Shown here piece by piece: positions 1 to 9,492 of a DNA stretch of 64,000 nucleotides (its first letter is position 1; every line of letters begins with the position of its first letter). The stretch covers positions 32,001 through 96,000 of the forward strand of contig JBAXAI010000004.1 in the NCBI GenBank assembly GCA_037142615.1. Reading direction: 5' to 3'. A program made the position numbers and the translations under genes. A model generated the notes under the pieces. The model did no database searches. It was given only the letters and a program-made list of their open reading frames with translations, and was not told where the DNA came from. This stretch comes from Spirochaetales bacterium (lineage in GTDB: Bacteria; Spirochaetota; Spirochaetia; JABEVK01).

Positions 1-1
1 G

Positions 2-1621
2 ATGACCGTTGCGCTGGTAGGTACTCTGGCCGTTGCCGGCTCGTTTCTTGTCTTTGCCCTCGACCAAGCGTATTCAGCGCAACTTCGAGTCGGGCAAGAA
101 AACGAGGCTCGTCGGCAGGCCGACTACCTGAAGGAGACGTTTTCGCGCATGCTGTGGAACTTCGACCTGGCCGAGATCGAGGCCGTTGCCGGTTCGGTGA
201 CCCGAAGCGATGCCGTGCTCGGGTTGTCGATCGTCACCGACGAGGGCAAAGAAATCTACAACGAGTCCAAACCAGGTCAAGCTTTCCTGACAATCACGAG
301 CCCGTTGTCGTTTCAGCTCGCCAACCTGGGCACGATGACGCTGACGATGTCGGCCCGAGCCTTCGAACTCCAGCGGGCCACCGTGCTGGTCGTGGCCCTT
401 GAGGCTTTTCTCGGCCTGCTGATTCTGCTGCTCCTTCTTGCCCCGTTGATGTTGAACCGGACCCTCTTGCGGCCCTTCAACCGGCTTGCGCTGGCGCTGG
501 TTCAGGACAAGGAGGGCGAACCGTTCCCGTTTCTCCCTCCGCCGAGTTCCCGGATCACCGAGGTCCGTACCTTGGAACTTGCCCTTGCCAAGCTCAACGA
601 TGCTGTGGCCCGGCAGGTCAACGAGTTGGAGACCAGGGTGAGAGCGCGGTCCCGTGAGCTTGAAGAGGCGCAAGCGATGCTGGTGCGGACCGAAACCCTG
701 GCCACGTTGGGGCAGTTGGCCGCCGGCATCGCCCACGAACTGAATACCCCGCTGGCTGCCATCACCTCGTCGGTCCGGCTGCTGCAAACCGAGTGGGAAG
801 AGGTTCTCCTGCCGTTGTTCGCCGGCCAGCTTTCGACCCCTGGCCGTGAGTCGGCGGGCTACTTGCGCGAGCTCAGTTTGCTGGCAGCCAATCTGGAGGA
901 TTTTCCGGATGCCAGCGTTCGGCGCGAGATGCGCAGACGCTGGACGGAACTCGGTCAGGATCCCGACGCGCCGTTTTTCGATATCGTCAGCAGTACCGGG
1001 TTGTCGTCGCGGCTCGAAGAGCTTGCCGCCTTTCCTTCGGGGTCCGAGCTACACCGCGTGCTGGCCTATACGGCAGACTGGGTGCGCTCTTTGGCTATCA
1101 TCGGGTCGGCCTCACAAAAGAGCGCGGCTGTCGTTGCCGCGCTGCGCACTCAGGTTCAGCCCGGAAATGCCCAGGAGCCCAAACCCCTCGAACTGCGCCG
1201 CGAGGTCGATCAGGCGTTGGCCCTGCTTCAGAACAAACTCAGGGAGGGGGTGCAGGTTGAAATGCGCTCTCCCGACCCCGTTTGGGTCTTGGGCGATTCG
1301 ACCGAGCTCAGTAAGGTCTGGCTCAACCTGACCCTGAACGCCGTTCAGGCTCTTGGTGGCACTGGCAAGCTCGAAATCGGCATCCACCGCGAAGGGACTT
1401 GGGCGGTCGTCGACGTCACCGACAGCGGTCCGGGCATTCCCCCTAGCCTGCGCGAGCGCATTTTTGAACCCTTCTTTACCACCAAATCGACCGGCATGGG
1501 GTTGGGTTTGGACATCACCCGCAAGGTGGTCGAGCAGAACCAGGGCCTGATTGAGTTTGACAGCGTTCCGGGACGCACCACGTTCCGGGTTCGTCTGCCC
1601 GCCTTCGAACATCAGGAGTGA
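2..1621 (+). CDS. Membrane sensor histidine kinase (2 TM, HisKA, HATPase_c); may be 5'-truncated by the window edge
   Basis: H-box LAAGIAHELNTPL, N-box WLNLTLNAVQA, G1 DSGPGI, F/G2 FEPFFTTKSTGMGLGL; two hydrophobic segments. Confidence 0.9.
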   Translation: MTVALVGTLAVAGSFLVFALDQAYSAQLRVGQENEARRQADYLKETFSRMLWNFDLAEIEAVAGSVTRSDAVLGLSIVTDEGKEIYNESKPGQAFLTITSPLSFQLANLGTMTLTMSARAFELQRATVLVVALEAFLGLLILLLLLAPLMLNRTLLRPFNRLALALVQDKEGEPFPFLPPPSSRITEVRTLELALAKLNDAVARQVNELETRVRARSRELEEAQAMLVRTETLATLGQLAAGIAHELNTPLAAITSSVRLLQTEWEEVLLPLFAGQLSTPGRESAGYLRELSLLAANLEDFPDASVRREMRRRWTELGQDPDAPFFDIVSSTGLSSRLEELAAFPSGSELHRVLAYTADWVRSLAIIGSASQKSAAVVAALRTQVQPGNAQEPKPLELRREVDQALALLQNKLREGVQVEMRSPDPVWVLGDSTELSKVWLNLTLNAVQALGGTGKLEIGIHREGTWAVVDVTDSGPGIPPSLRERIFEPFFTTKSTGMGLGLDITRKVVEQNQGLIEFDSVPGRTTFRVRLPAFEHQE

Positions 1622-1657
1622 CGGGCTGGCAACACGGGTGCACGCTTCGCGCCAGGG

Positions 1658-3661
1658 CTATTTGTCGGTGAGGGTCCACACCCCATCCCAGTTCGGTGGC
1701 GGCCGCTTGAGCAGTTCGTCGCAGCGGCCGAGCATCAGCGCGGTGGGGTTGATTCCTTCCGGATGAGCCTCGAGCGCCAAGCAGGGCTCAAACAGCTCGC
1801 GGGCCTTGGCAAACTTCCCTTCGCGGTAGGCGAGGGTGGCTGGTACGAAAGCAGTCCGAAGAGCCGCTTGTCGCTCATCCAGCTGGGCCAGGGTGCCGAA
1901 CAGCTCGAAAACCGCCACAGGCTTGTCCTTGCCCTTGACCCGGATCAGGTCGATCGGCCTCACCGCGAAAGTTTCATGCAGGCCGGCCAACGTGAACTCG
2001 CTCACCAGGTTATCCAGGCCGTACTGCTTGGCTCCCGACTCCAGACGGGCCGCCAGATTCACCGCGTCTCCGATCAGGGTCAGGTCGATGCGGGCCTCGG
2101 CGGCCCCGATGTCGCACAAAATCACCTCGCCGGTATTCAGGCCCATCCGGATGAAAATGGGGTCGTCTTTGAGCAGCGGATGGCTGGCGTTCATTGTCGC
2201 GATTTCTTCGCGGATGCGTGACATATAGCCCAGCGCCGCTGCGGCTGAGCGGGCCGGGTCCTCGTCCATCCAAAAGGCCATGCACGCGTCGCCGATGAAC
2301 TTGTCGATATCGCCCCCGGCGCTCGTAATGGCCCGCGTGATCACCGAAAACAGCGTGTTGATCTGGTCGACAACCTCGCGCGGTGCGTAGCGCTCGCAGC
2401 GGTTGGTGAAGTTCTTGATGTCGCTGAAGAAAATGGTGGCGTTTTTGCGGTAGGCGCGGCTGGTGTTGTCGGCCCCCGAGAGGATGGACTTTTCGACGGC
2501 CATTTTTCGCGAGGCTTTGGAGACGTACTTTTCGATGTGGGCCTTTTCAATCTCGGCCCGCTGATTGGCGATCGTGCGCTCCACGTTGGCGAGCAGGTTG
2601 TCCTGGTTGAAGGGCTTGAGAACCACACCCTTGGCGCCGGCCTGCATCACCATTTTGACTTCGGCCTGGTTGTCCTGGTCGGTGAGCACCAGCAGGTCGC
2701 TGTTTTGAGCCTTGGGGAGCATGCGCATGGCCTTGATCAGGTCGATGGCGCTTCCATCGCCCAGGTCGGCTTCGCTGATCACCAGTTCGTGGGTAAAGCG
2801 GCGTAGCACCTTGATGGCATCTTGGATGGACGTGCAGACGCGAGGTGAAAAGCCCTGCTTGGCCAGGGTCTTGCTCATGTTGCGGGCAATGTTCAGGTCG
2901 GGCTCGACCACCAGAATGCTCTCGCGGCCCACCAGACTGTGCTGAAAAATCCGCTCGAGCCGCACCAGCAACTCGGGAATGTGCACGGGCTTGGTGATGT
3001 ACTCGTCCACCCCGGCCGCAAACCCCTTCCGCTGGTCAGAAACCGAGCCGAGAGTGCTCGACATGATGATGGGAATCTCGGCCAGCGCAGGGATCTTCCG
3101 GATGGCGCTGCAGGCCTCAAAGCCGTTCATCCGGGGCATCTCGATGTCGCTGATGATCAGGTCGGGAAGGATCTTCTGGGCCATTTCGAGCCCTTCCTGC
3201 CCATCCATGGCCGAGAAGGTTTCGTAGCCCTCTTCGGCCAGCGGCGGGCAAAGGTGCTTGTGGACCAGCTTGGAATCGTCAATCAACAGGATTTTGCGCC
3301 GGGTTTCGACCAGTTGACCGAGGGCCATCACCAGCTCTTCCTTCGACACCGGAAACTGAAGGAACGCGTCAACCACCGTCTTGGAGTATTCCTGCACCTG
3401 ATAGTCGGCCGACAGCAACACGATCTTGATGGTGCTCCCAAACAGGCGTTTGAGCTTTTTGCACATTTCGATGACGTCGTACTCGTGGGTTTCGGACTGG
3501 AGCACCAGCACCCCCCGGGGATCCTCGGCCACCCGGTACACGAATTGGTCGTAGTCGACGAAGCTGTCATCCTTGGTTTGAAAGTGCGACTCGAGGTAGT
3601 CTCGAAAGAACCGGTCCTCGACGCAAAAGAGCAGTTTGTTGGCCAGCGGTTCGGTTTTCAT
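1658..3661 (-). CDS. Multi-receiver class III adenylate/guanylate cyclase (pseudo-REC, REC, pseudo-REC, cyclase, TPR-like tail)
   Basis: Intact REC ILLIDDS..ISDIEMPRMNG..ITKP; complete cyclase motifs FSDIKNFT, DKFIGDA, LTLIGDAVNLAARLE, VKGK; start overlaps the cheA stop. Confidence 0.9.
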   Translation of the reverse strand: MKTEPLANKLLFCVEDRFFRDYLESHFQTKDDSFVDYDQFVYRVAEDPRGVLVLQSETHEYDVIEMCKKLKRLFGSTIKIVLLSADYQVQEYSKTVVDAFLQFPVSKEELVMALGQLVETRRKILLIDDSKLVHKHLCPPLAEEGYETFSAMDGQEGLEMAQKILPDLIISDIEMPRMNGFEACSAIRKIPALAEIPIIMSSTLGSVSDQRKGFAAGVDEYITKPVHIPELLVRLERIFQHSLVGRESILVVEPDLNIARNMSKTLAKQGFSPRVCTSIQDAIKVLRRFTHELVISEADLGDGSAIDLIKAMRMLPKAQNSDLLVLTDQDNQAEVKMVMQAGAKGVVLKPFNQDNLLANVERTIANQRAEIEKAHIEKYVSKASRKMAVEKSILSGADNTSRAYRKNATIFFSDIKNFTNRCERYAPREVVDQINTLFSVITRAITSAGGDIDKFIGDACMAFWMDEDPARSAAAALGYMSRIREEIATMNASHPLLKDDPIFIRMGLNTGEVILCDIGAAEARIDLTLIGDAVNLAARLESGAKQYGLDNLVSEFTLAGLHETFAVRPIDLIRVKGKDKPVAVFELFGTLAQLDERQAALRTAFVPATLAYREGKFAKARELFEPCLALEAHPEGINPTALMLGRCDELLKRPPPNWDGVWTLTDK

Positions 3662-6606
3662 GCTTCCACCTTCTCAAGCAACCGGCTGTCGAGAAGGTTG
3701 ATGAGGTCTTCACTTTGCACGGGCTTTTTGAACACCTGGTCGATCTTCAGGCTGGCAATACGCATTTGATCCACGTCCTTGCCGGTGATCAGTACCACCG
3801 GGGTCTGCTCGTAAAGTGGGATCTTGCGCAACCGCTCGACAAACTCGTAGCCGTCCATCAGCGGCATCAGGATGTCGACACAAAAGGCGGAGTAGGTTTT
3901 GCTTCGGCAGGCCTTGAGGGCTTCAAAGCCGTTTTCGGCGGTGTCGACCCGGTATTGGGTGTCTTTGAGAATGGTCTTGAGGTTTTCACGCTGAATGGCC
4001 GAATCATCGACAATCAGCACCGTGTGGAGCGTCTGCCCGCCCAGAGTTGTCGGCGCCTGGGCGACCAGATTCATCGTCCCGGCCTGTTTGACGGCCTCGA
4101 CAATTTGCCGGGGGTCGAGGATCAGCACCAAGCGACTGTCGCGGAGGATGGTGCAACCCATCACAAACGGAGCCTTCTTGAGGAACCGCCCCAGGTTCTT
4201 GATCAGGATTTCTTGCCGCCCGAGCACCGAGTCGACCAAAATGCCGGTCAGACGGTTGTTTTCGTTGAGCACCACCATCTGCACCTTGTCGAGCTGAAAA
4301 CGGCTCTGCGGGAAGTTCAGAATCGCCGAAAGACTGGCCACGGGGATAGTTTGACCCTGGTAGTTGAAAATCAGGCGGTTCTCGACGGGGCGGATCTCTT
4401 GGCGCTGCACGGTGATCAGCGCCTCGATGTTGAGGATGGGCAAGGCGAACTGGTACGAGGATTCCTGCACCAGCAGAATTTTCACGATGGCCAGGGTGAG
4501 CGGGAGCTTGAGCTTGAAGCACGAACCATGGCCGGCCTGGCTTTCGGTTTCGATGGTGCCGTGCAGTTGATTGATGGCGGTTTTGACCACATCCATGCCG
4601 ACGCCGCGCCCCGACAGCTCGGTCACCTTGTCGTTGGTCGAAAAGCCGGGGAGGAAGATCAGTTCGAGGATTTCGGCATCGGTCAGCTTTCCCTTCTTGT
4701 TTTCGGGGATCAGATCCTTTTCCAGGGCCTTGGTGAGCACCCGGTCGACGTTGATGCCCCGCCCATCGTCGCGAATTTCGATGACGGCGTACGAACCGTG
4801 GTAGTAGGTTTCGAGCGTGATGGTGCCGACTTCGGGTTTGCCGAGCGCCAGGCGTTCTTCGGGGAACTCGATGCCGTGGTCGATGGAGTTGCGCAGCATG
4901 TGCAGCAGGGGGTCGGCCAGTTTGTTGATCAGCACTTTGTCGAGTTCGGTATCGCCGCCGACGATGTCGACACGGATCTTTTTGCCCACCGTTCGCGCCA
5001 GGTCGCGCAGTTGCAGCGGGAAGCGCTCAAAGAGGTTGGAAATCGGCACCATGCGGAAGCTCATCGCTCCGTTTTGCAGGCGGGTCGATAGCTGCTCCAG
5101 CGTCTCCAGGTTCTTTTGCAGCTGCTTCTGAATCTCTTCTATGGTCAGATAGTTGAGGTTCAGCTCTTCCTGCAGCGACATTTCGGCGCCCGAATTGTCG
5201 GGAATGAGCCGCGTGACCATTTGCGACAGCAGTTCGCCAAGTCGGTTTCCTGAGCTTCGACCGGAGCTGCGGCCGGGTTCGTTCAGGTGTTTGAGTTCTT
5301 TGGCAAACTCGGGAATGTAGAGGTTCAGTTTGGCCAGCATTCTCGAGCGCTGCAGCTCGGAAGCGCGCTCCAAAGTCGACTTGAACGACTTGAGAAACCC
5401 CTCAATGGCGGTGATTTCGTTCTGGAACCGGATGCGGCCGATGAAAATCTCGGAAGCTGTGTTGAGAACCTCGTCGAGTTTTTCGGAGCTCACCCGCAGC
5501 GACTCGGTGTTTTTGCCCCGGTCTTTGTCGGTTCCCCCGGCCCGCGGGGCTGGCGGGGCCACGGGCCCGAGCACCGGCGCAGAAACGGCGGGAGTCGGGG
5601 CCGGTGCCGGTGCCGGTTGACCCGCGATCAGGGCCTGCAGACGTTCCACCAACGGCCGGATCCGGGTGACAAAAGGCCCCCGCGAGGCGGTCTCCTCGAC
5701 CATTTCGGACAAAACGGCCTTGCCATCGAGCAGCAGGTCTACCACCTGCGAGCTGGCCTTCAGTTTGCCCTTGCGCACCAGGTCGAGCAGGTTTTCCATG
5801 TTGTGGGCCAGGCATTCGAGCTTCTTGATGTTGAGCAGGCGCGCGCCACCCTTGACGGTGTGAATCATCCGGAACAGGTCGTCGACGAGGGCAGGCGTGT
5901 CGGTGGCATTTTCGAGGTCGATGAGCAAGTTCGCGAAGTTGGCCAGGATTTCCGAGTTTTCTTCGTAGAAGTCGCTGATCATCCCCACTTTGTCGAGCGG
6001 CACGTTGAGCGGCTCCGGCTCGTCATCAAAGGGAATCTCGAGCGCTGGCAGGGTCGTGGCCGCGACGGGGCCTTCCACAACGGCCTCTTCGACCGGAAGG
6101 TCGTGCACCGGTTGGCTTTGATAGGCCTTGCTCGCCTCGTCGATCCGCAGGTTCCACTCGCGCAGCGGATTCTGCAGGTAATTGCGGCTCTCGTCCACGA
6201 GGTCGGTGATGTCCGGGTCCTGGGTTGCGGCGGACCCCAGGGTCTCCGCCAGTTCGCTGCCCTTGGTATAGAGCAGTTTGATCAGGTAATCGATGGAGTG
6301 CTCGCGAACCGTCTTGCGGTAGCGGGCCCAGTCAAGGGCGAAATCCAAAATCTGAAACAAGTGAGCGAGCTTGTCCAAACCGTGCAGCTTGGCCATCCCC
6401 GCCATGATGTGGTTATTGCGGTACAAATGGTCGAGAAGCTCCTCGCTTTCGGGAGTCAGGCTCAGTTCGTCGAGCAGGTCGAGTTGCGCTCGCACCGAGG
6501 CCGGCAAGCTTTGGGCAAAACTCAGGGCCGCAGGCGAAAGTCCGTCGGGTGCTGCGCTCTGGTGGTCCGACGAAAGGTTGGCGAGCACGCTGTCCTGGTA
6601 CTTCAT
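3658..6606 (-). CDS. cheA: CheA-REC hybrid chemotaxis kinase with two Hpt-like domains
   Basis: Hpt LFRMIHTVKGGA plus an N-terminal Hpt-like LYRNNHIMAGMA; HMLRNSIDHGIE, DDGRGI, FLPGFST, SGRGVGMDVVK; CheW domain; C-terminal REC. Start moved from the ORF track to ATG 6606 after AGGAG. Confidence 0.92.
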   Translation of the reverse strand: MKYQDSVLANLSSDHQSAAPDGLSPAALSFAQSLPASVRAQLDLLDELSLTPESEELLDHLYRNNHIMAGMAKLHGLDKLAHLFQILDFALDWARYRKTVREHSIDYLIKLLYTKGSELAETLGSAATQDPDITDLVDESRNYLQNPLREWNLRIDEASKAYQSQPVHDLPVEEAVVEGPVAATTLPALEIPFDDEPEPLNVPLDKVGMISDFYEENSEILANFANLLIDLENATDTPALVDDLFRMIHTVKGGARLLNIKKLECLAHNMENLLDLVRKGKLKASSQVVDLLLDGKAVLSEMVEETASRGPFVTRIRPLVERLQALIAGQPAPAPAPTPAVSAPVLGPVAPPAPRAGGTDKDRGKNTESLRVSSEKLDEVLNTASEIFIGRIRFQNEITAIEGFLKSFKSTLERASELQRSRMLAKLNLYIPEFAKELKHLNEPGRSSGRSSGNRLGELLSQMVTRLIPDNSGAEMSLQEELNLNYLTIEEIQKQLQKNLETLEQLSTRLQNGAMSFRMVPISNLFERFPLQLRDLARTVGKKIRVDIVGGDTELDKVLINKLADPLLHMLRNSIDHGIEFPEERLALGKPEVGTITLETYYHGSYAVIEIRDDGRGINVDRVLTKALEKDLIPENKKGKLTDAEILELIFLPGFSTNDKVTELSGRGVGMDVVKTAINQLHGTIETESQAGHGSCFKLKLPLTLAIVKILLVQESSYQFALPILNIEALITVQRQEIRPVENRLIFNYQGQTIPVASLSAILNFPQSRFQLDKVQMVVLNENNRLTGILVDSVLGRQEILIKNLGRFLKKAPFVMGCTILRDSRLVLILDPRQIVEAVKQAGTMNLVAQAPTTLGGQTLHTVLIVDDSAIQRENLKTILKDTQYRVDTAENGFEALKACRSKTYSAFCVDILMPLMDGYEFVERLRKIPLYEQTPVVLITGKDVDQMRIASLKIDQVFKKPVQSEDLINLLDSRLLEKVEA

Positions 6607-6608
6607 GG

Positions 6609-7556
6609 TCACTCCTGATAGGGCAAGAGGTGTCGGCTGGCAAAGATCTTGGGCCCCGAGATGACGAAGATTCGCTCGGTTCCCGCCTCGATGATGCCCA
6701 AAAGGTAGTCGGCAAGTTCGCCCGAAAAGATATGGTCCACATTCTGGATCTGGCTGCGCAGGAACTTCTGCTTCTTCGAAATCGAGTCGATGCAAAGGGC
6801 CAGGTCCTGCTCCTCGTGCTGCAGCAAAATGTACTGGTTCTTTTCTTCCATCTTGCGGCTCGAAAGCCCGATCGCCTCCGAGATATCCACGCAGGCGATG
6901 ATCTGGCCACGCAGGTTGATGAGCCCGCGCAGAAAGCTGTTGGTTTGAAACAGTGGCTCGACGCTGTAGCCCGAAACCACCTCGATCAGATCGGTGATCG
7001 GGATCCCGAACCGGTGGTGGTCGATGCCAAAACAGACCATCTCGATTTCGTCCTTGGGGTCCACATGTTCTTCTTCCGGATGGAGTTGGGTGTCTTGCCC
7101 CTGCAGCTGAACGTGGATGTTGTTTTCGACGAACGACTTCAGGTAGTGCAAATTGAGGCGGTTCAGGGCCTTCCCCCGGTAACGGAACACCTGGTCGACC
7201 AGTTGCCCCGAGACTTCGGGCAACGGAGGAGTTTCTTCGGCCCCCTCTGCAGTCTCCAGGACCAAGGATTCGACAAAACGGTCGATCAGGACGGCAAAGA
7301 GCCGCGACTCGCACTCCAGCACCATCAAAGTATGCGGTCCGGCGGCTTCGCTCGGAGGCCGACTTCCGCCGGCCGCGTGAATATCAATCACCGGGCATAG
7401 GGTCTGGCGAAAGTCCAGATACCCCAGGAACCCCGACGTGAGGACCGGAGCCAGTACCAGTGTGGGCGTCCGAATCACCTCGCGGACGTGGTCGATCTGG
7501 ACGCAATAGTGAAACTCGTCCTTGGTGAAAACGGAATAGTGGCTACCGGTATCCAT
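6609..7556 (-). CDS. cheW: Tandem-domain CheW adaptor
   Basis: Two CheW repeats: FLGYLDFRQTLCPVID and FLRGLINLRGQIIACVD. Confidence 0.85.
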   Translation of the reverse strand: MDTGSHYSVFTKDEFHYCVQIDHVREVIRTPTLVLAPVLTSGFLGYLDFRQTLCPVIDIHAAGGSRPPSEAAGPHTLMVLECESRLFAVLIDRFVESLVLETAEGAEETPPLPEVSGQLVDQVFRYRGKALNRLNLHYLKSFVENNIHVQLQGQDTQLHPEEEHVDPKDEIEMVCFGIDHHRFGIPITDLIEVVSGYSVEPLFQTNSFLRGLINLRGQIIACVDISEAIGLSSRKMEEKNQYILLQHEEQDLALCIDSISKKQKFLRSQIQNVDHIFSGELADYLLGIIEAGTERIFVISGPKIFASRHLLPYQE

Positions 7557-7579
7557 GGGGGGCCTCTTTTACCGACGGT

Positions 7580-9325
7580 TCAAAAGTCTTCGTCCGCGGC
7601 CTCGCCTTTGCTGCCAGCCGAGCTCAGCGACTTGCGCCGGGAGGGCGGTGACGACAACCGCTCCGTCTGCCGATGCGAGGCCGAGGAAAGTTGCAGCGGT
7701 CGGTCTTCCTTGTGCACCCGGAAGAAGCTCAACGTTTCTTGGAGCAACTGAAGCTGGGCCAAGGAGTCTTTGGCGATGGCGGCCAACTCGACACCGACAC
7801 CGGCGTTGCTCTGCACGCCTTCATCCAGTTGCTGGATGGCTGAGTTGATCTGGTGCACTCCCGTGCTCTGTTCGGCCGAGGCTTCCGAGATTTGCTGCAC
7901 CAGGTCGGCGGTGCGTTGAATATCGGGGGTCAACTTGATCAGTTTTTGCCCGGCAAGTTCGGAAATCTGCATGCACGACGCCGTGAGGTTGGTGATTTCG
8001 ACCGCCGCAGCCTCGCTGCGCTCGGCCAGCTTTTGCACTTCGGAGGCGACCACTGCAAAACCCCGGCCCTGTTCGCCGGCTCGTGCCGCTTCGATCGCCG
8101 CGTTGATGGCCAACAAGTTCGTCTGGCCGGCGATGTCCTGGATGACCGAGATCTTGGCGGCGATTTCTTTCATCGCCTTCACCGTATTGCTCACCGACTC
8201 GCCGGAGTCTTTGGTGTCCATGGTGGCTTGAATGGCAATTCTTTCGGTGCTGATGGCGTTGTCGGCGTTTTGTTGAATGCTGACCGAGATCTCTTCCATT
8301 GCGGCAGCCACTTCTTCGAGCGAAGCCGCCTGCGAACTGGTGCTCAGCGACATTTCCTGCGCAGAGGTGGTCATTTGCCGCGCTCCGGTCGAGATGCTGT
8401 CGACAGCCGTGCCCAACTCGCCGATGATGCGGGTCAGCGACTCCTTCATCCGGGCCAAGGACATCCCCAGCACGTCGCGGTCGTTGAGCGGTTTGATTTC
8501 GAGCAGCAACGAGCCTTTGGAAATCGTTTCCAGCGATTCGGCCCGGTCGCGCAGCGTCACCATCATCTGGTCCATCGCGGTGGCCAACTGGCCCAGTTCG
8601 TCCTTGCGTTTGAGGTCTTTCGGGCGCAAGGTGTGGTCCAGGTCTCCTGCCGCGACCTTGGCGGCGAGGTCCACCGAGCTTCGCAGCGGACCAGAAATCG
8701 AGAAGGCGAGCAGGAAAGCCAAGAGCAGCGAAAGCACCACACCCACCACCATGATCACCGTCAGCAAGACGACCGAGCCCTGAACGTCGAGCTCGCTTTG
8801 TTTGAAAAGGCCTTCCACCTCGCTCACCGTCGAGGTGGTCATCGTACCGAGACTCGCGAGCAAGTCGGTTTTGGCCGCCAGCAACTCCGGCGACTTGAGA
8901 AACGCGACAAAAGCCGGAGTCTTGCCCACCAGCCCCAGACTCATGGCTTTGTCGCAAGCCTGAAACCACGCTACCGACGCCTTTTGCCAGGCTTCGAAGT
9001 TCTTCTGGTCTTGCGGGCTGCTGAAACCCGTGCTGTAGTTCTTGAGCACTTCCACGCAGATCGCCGAGGAATCGTCATAGCTTCGCTTCAAGGCCTCGTC
9101 TTCGGCCAACACCGAAGTGAGGGCCATGTCGCGGACCTGCTGGTTGACCTCGCTGAGGCCATCGGTGTACTTCAGGACCATCAACAGGCTTTGGGTCCCG
9201 TTGTTGTACGAGTCGTCGACCGCCTTGAGGGCCTTTTGAAGGCTGATGATCCCCAGGGCCCCCATCAACAGACCGACCAGGGCGACCCCCACAAAGCCTG
9301 AAATGAGTTTCACACGAATGGACAT
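7580..9325 (-). CDS. Methyl-accepting chemotaxis protein (periplasmic helical sensor, HAMP, signalling domain)
   Basis: 2 TM; hairpin tip [40 protein letters not shown]; SD GGAG upstream. Confidence 0.95.
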   Translation of the reverse strand: MSIRVKLISGFVGVALVGLLMGALGIISLQKALKAVDDSYNNGTQSLLMVLKYTDGLSEVNQQVRDMALTSVLAEDEALKRSYDDSSAICVEVLKNYSTGFSSPQDQKNFEAWQKASVAWFQACDKAMSLGLVGKTPAFVAFLKSPELLAAKTDLLASLGTMTTSTVSEVEGLFKQSELDVQGSVVLLTVIMVVGVVLSLLLAFLLAFSISGPLRSSVDLAAKVAAGDLDHTLRPKDLKRKDELGQLATAMDQMMVTLRDRAESLETISKGSLLLEIKPLNDRDVLGMSLARMKESLTRIIGELGTAVDSISTGARQMTTSAQEMSLSTSSQAASLEEVAAAMEEISVSIQQNADNAISTERIAIQATMDTKDSGESVSNTVKAMKEIAAKISVIQDIAGQTNLLAINAAIEAARAGEQGRGFAVVASEVQKLAERSEAAAVEITNLTASCMQISELAGQKLIKLTPDIQRTADLVQQISEASAEQSTGVHQINSAIQQLDEGVQSNAGVGVELAAIAKDSLAQLQLLQETLSFFRVHKEDRPLQLSSASHRQTERLSSPPSRRKSLSSAGSKGEAADEDF

Positions 9326-9492
9326 GAGTTCTCCTCCACAGCGAAGGCTGTAGTTTGAAGTTTAGGCCTATGAAAACGAATAGTCTAGAGATTTTGGAAA
9401 AAAGGTTGATGAATCCCGGCTCCGGTGACGGAACTAAACAATATTGACTGGCATAAACTTCTGATCGATCCTTAGGAGTGCGGAGGCCACCC

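Noticed and set aside
6607-7314. 236-aa N-terminal extension of the cheA ORF in the ORF track
   Set aside because: It overlaps cheW in another frame and has Arg/Pro-rich shadow composition; the SD-supported start is at 6606.
7580-7600. CheR-tethering pentapeptide at the MCP C-terminus (ADEDF)
   Set aside because: It lacks the aromatic residue at position 2 of the NWETF-type consensus.
9326-9492. Specific sigma28, sigma54 or CRP sites in the divergent che spacer
   Set aside because: The spacer is AT-rich and must hold promoters, but I found no convincing consensus with correct spacing.
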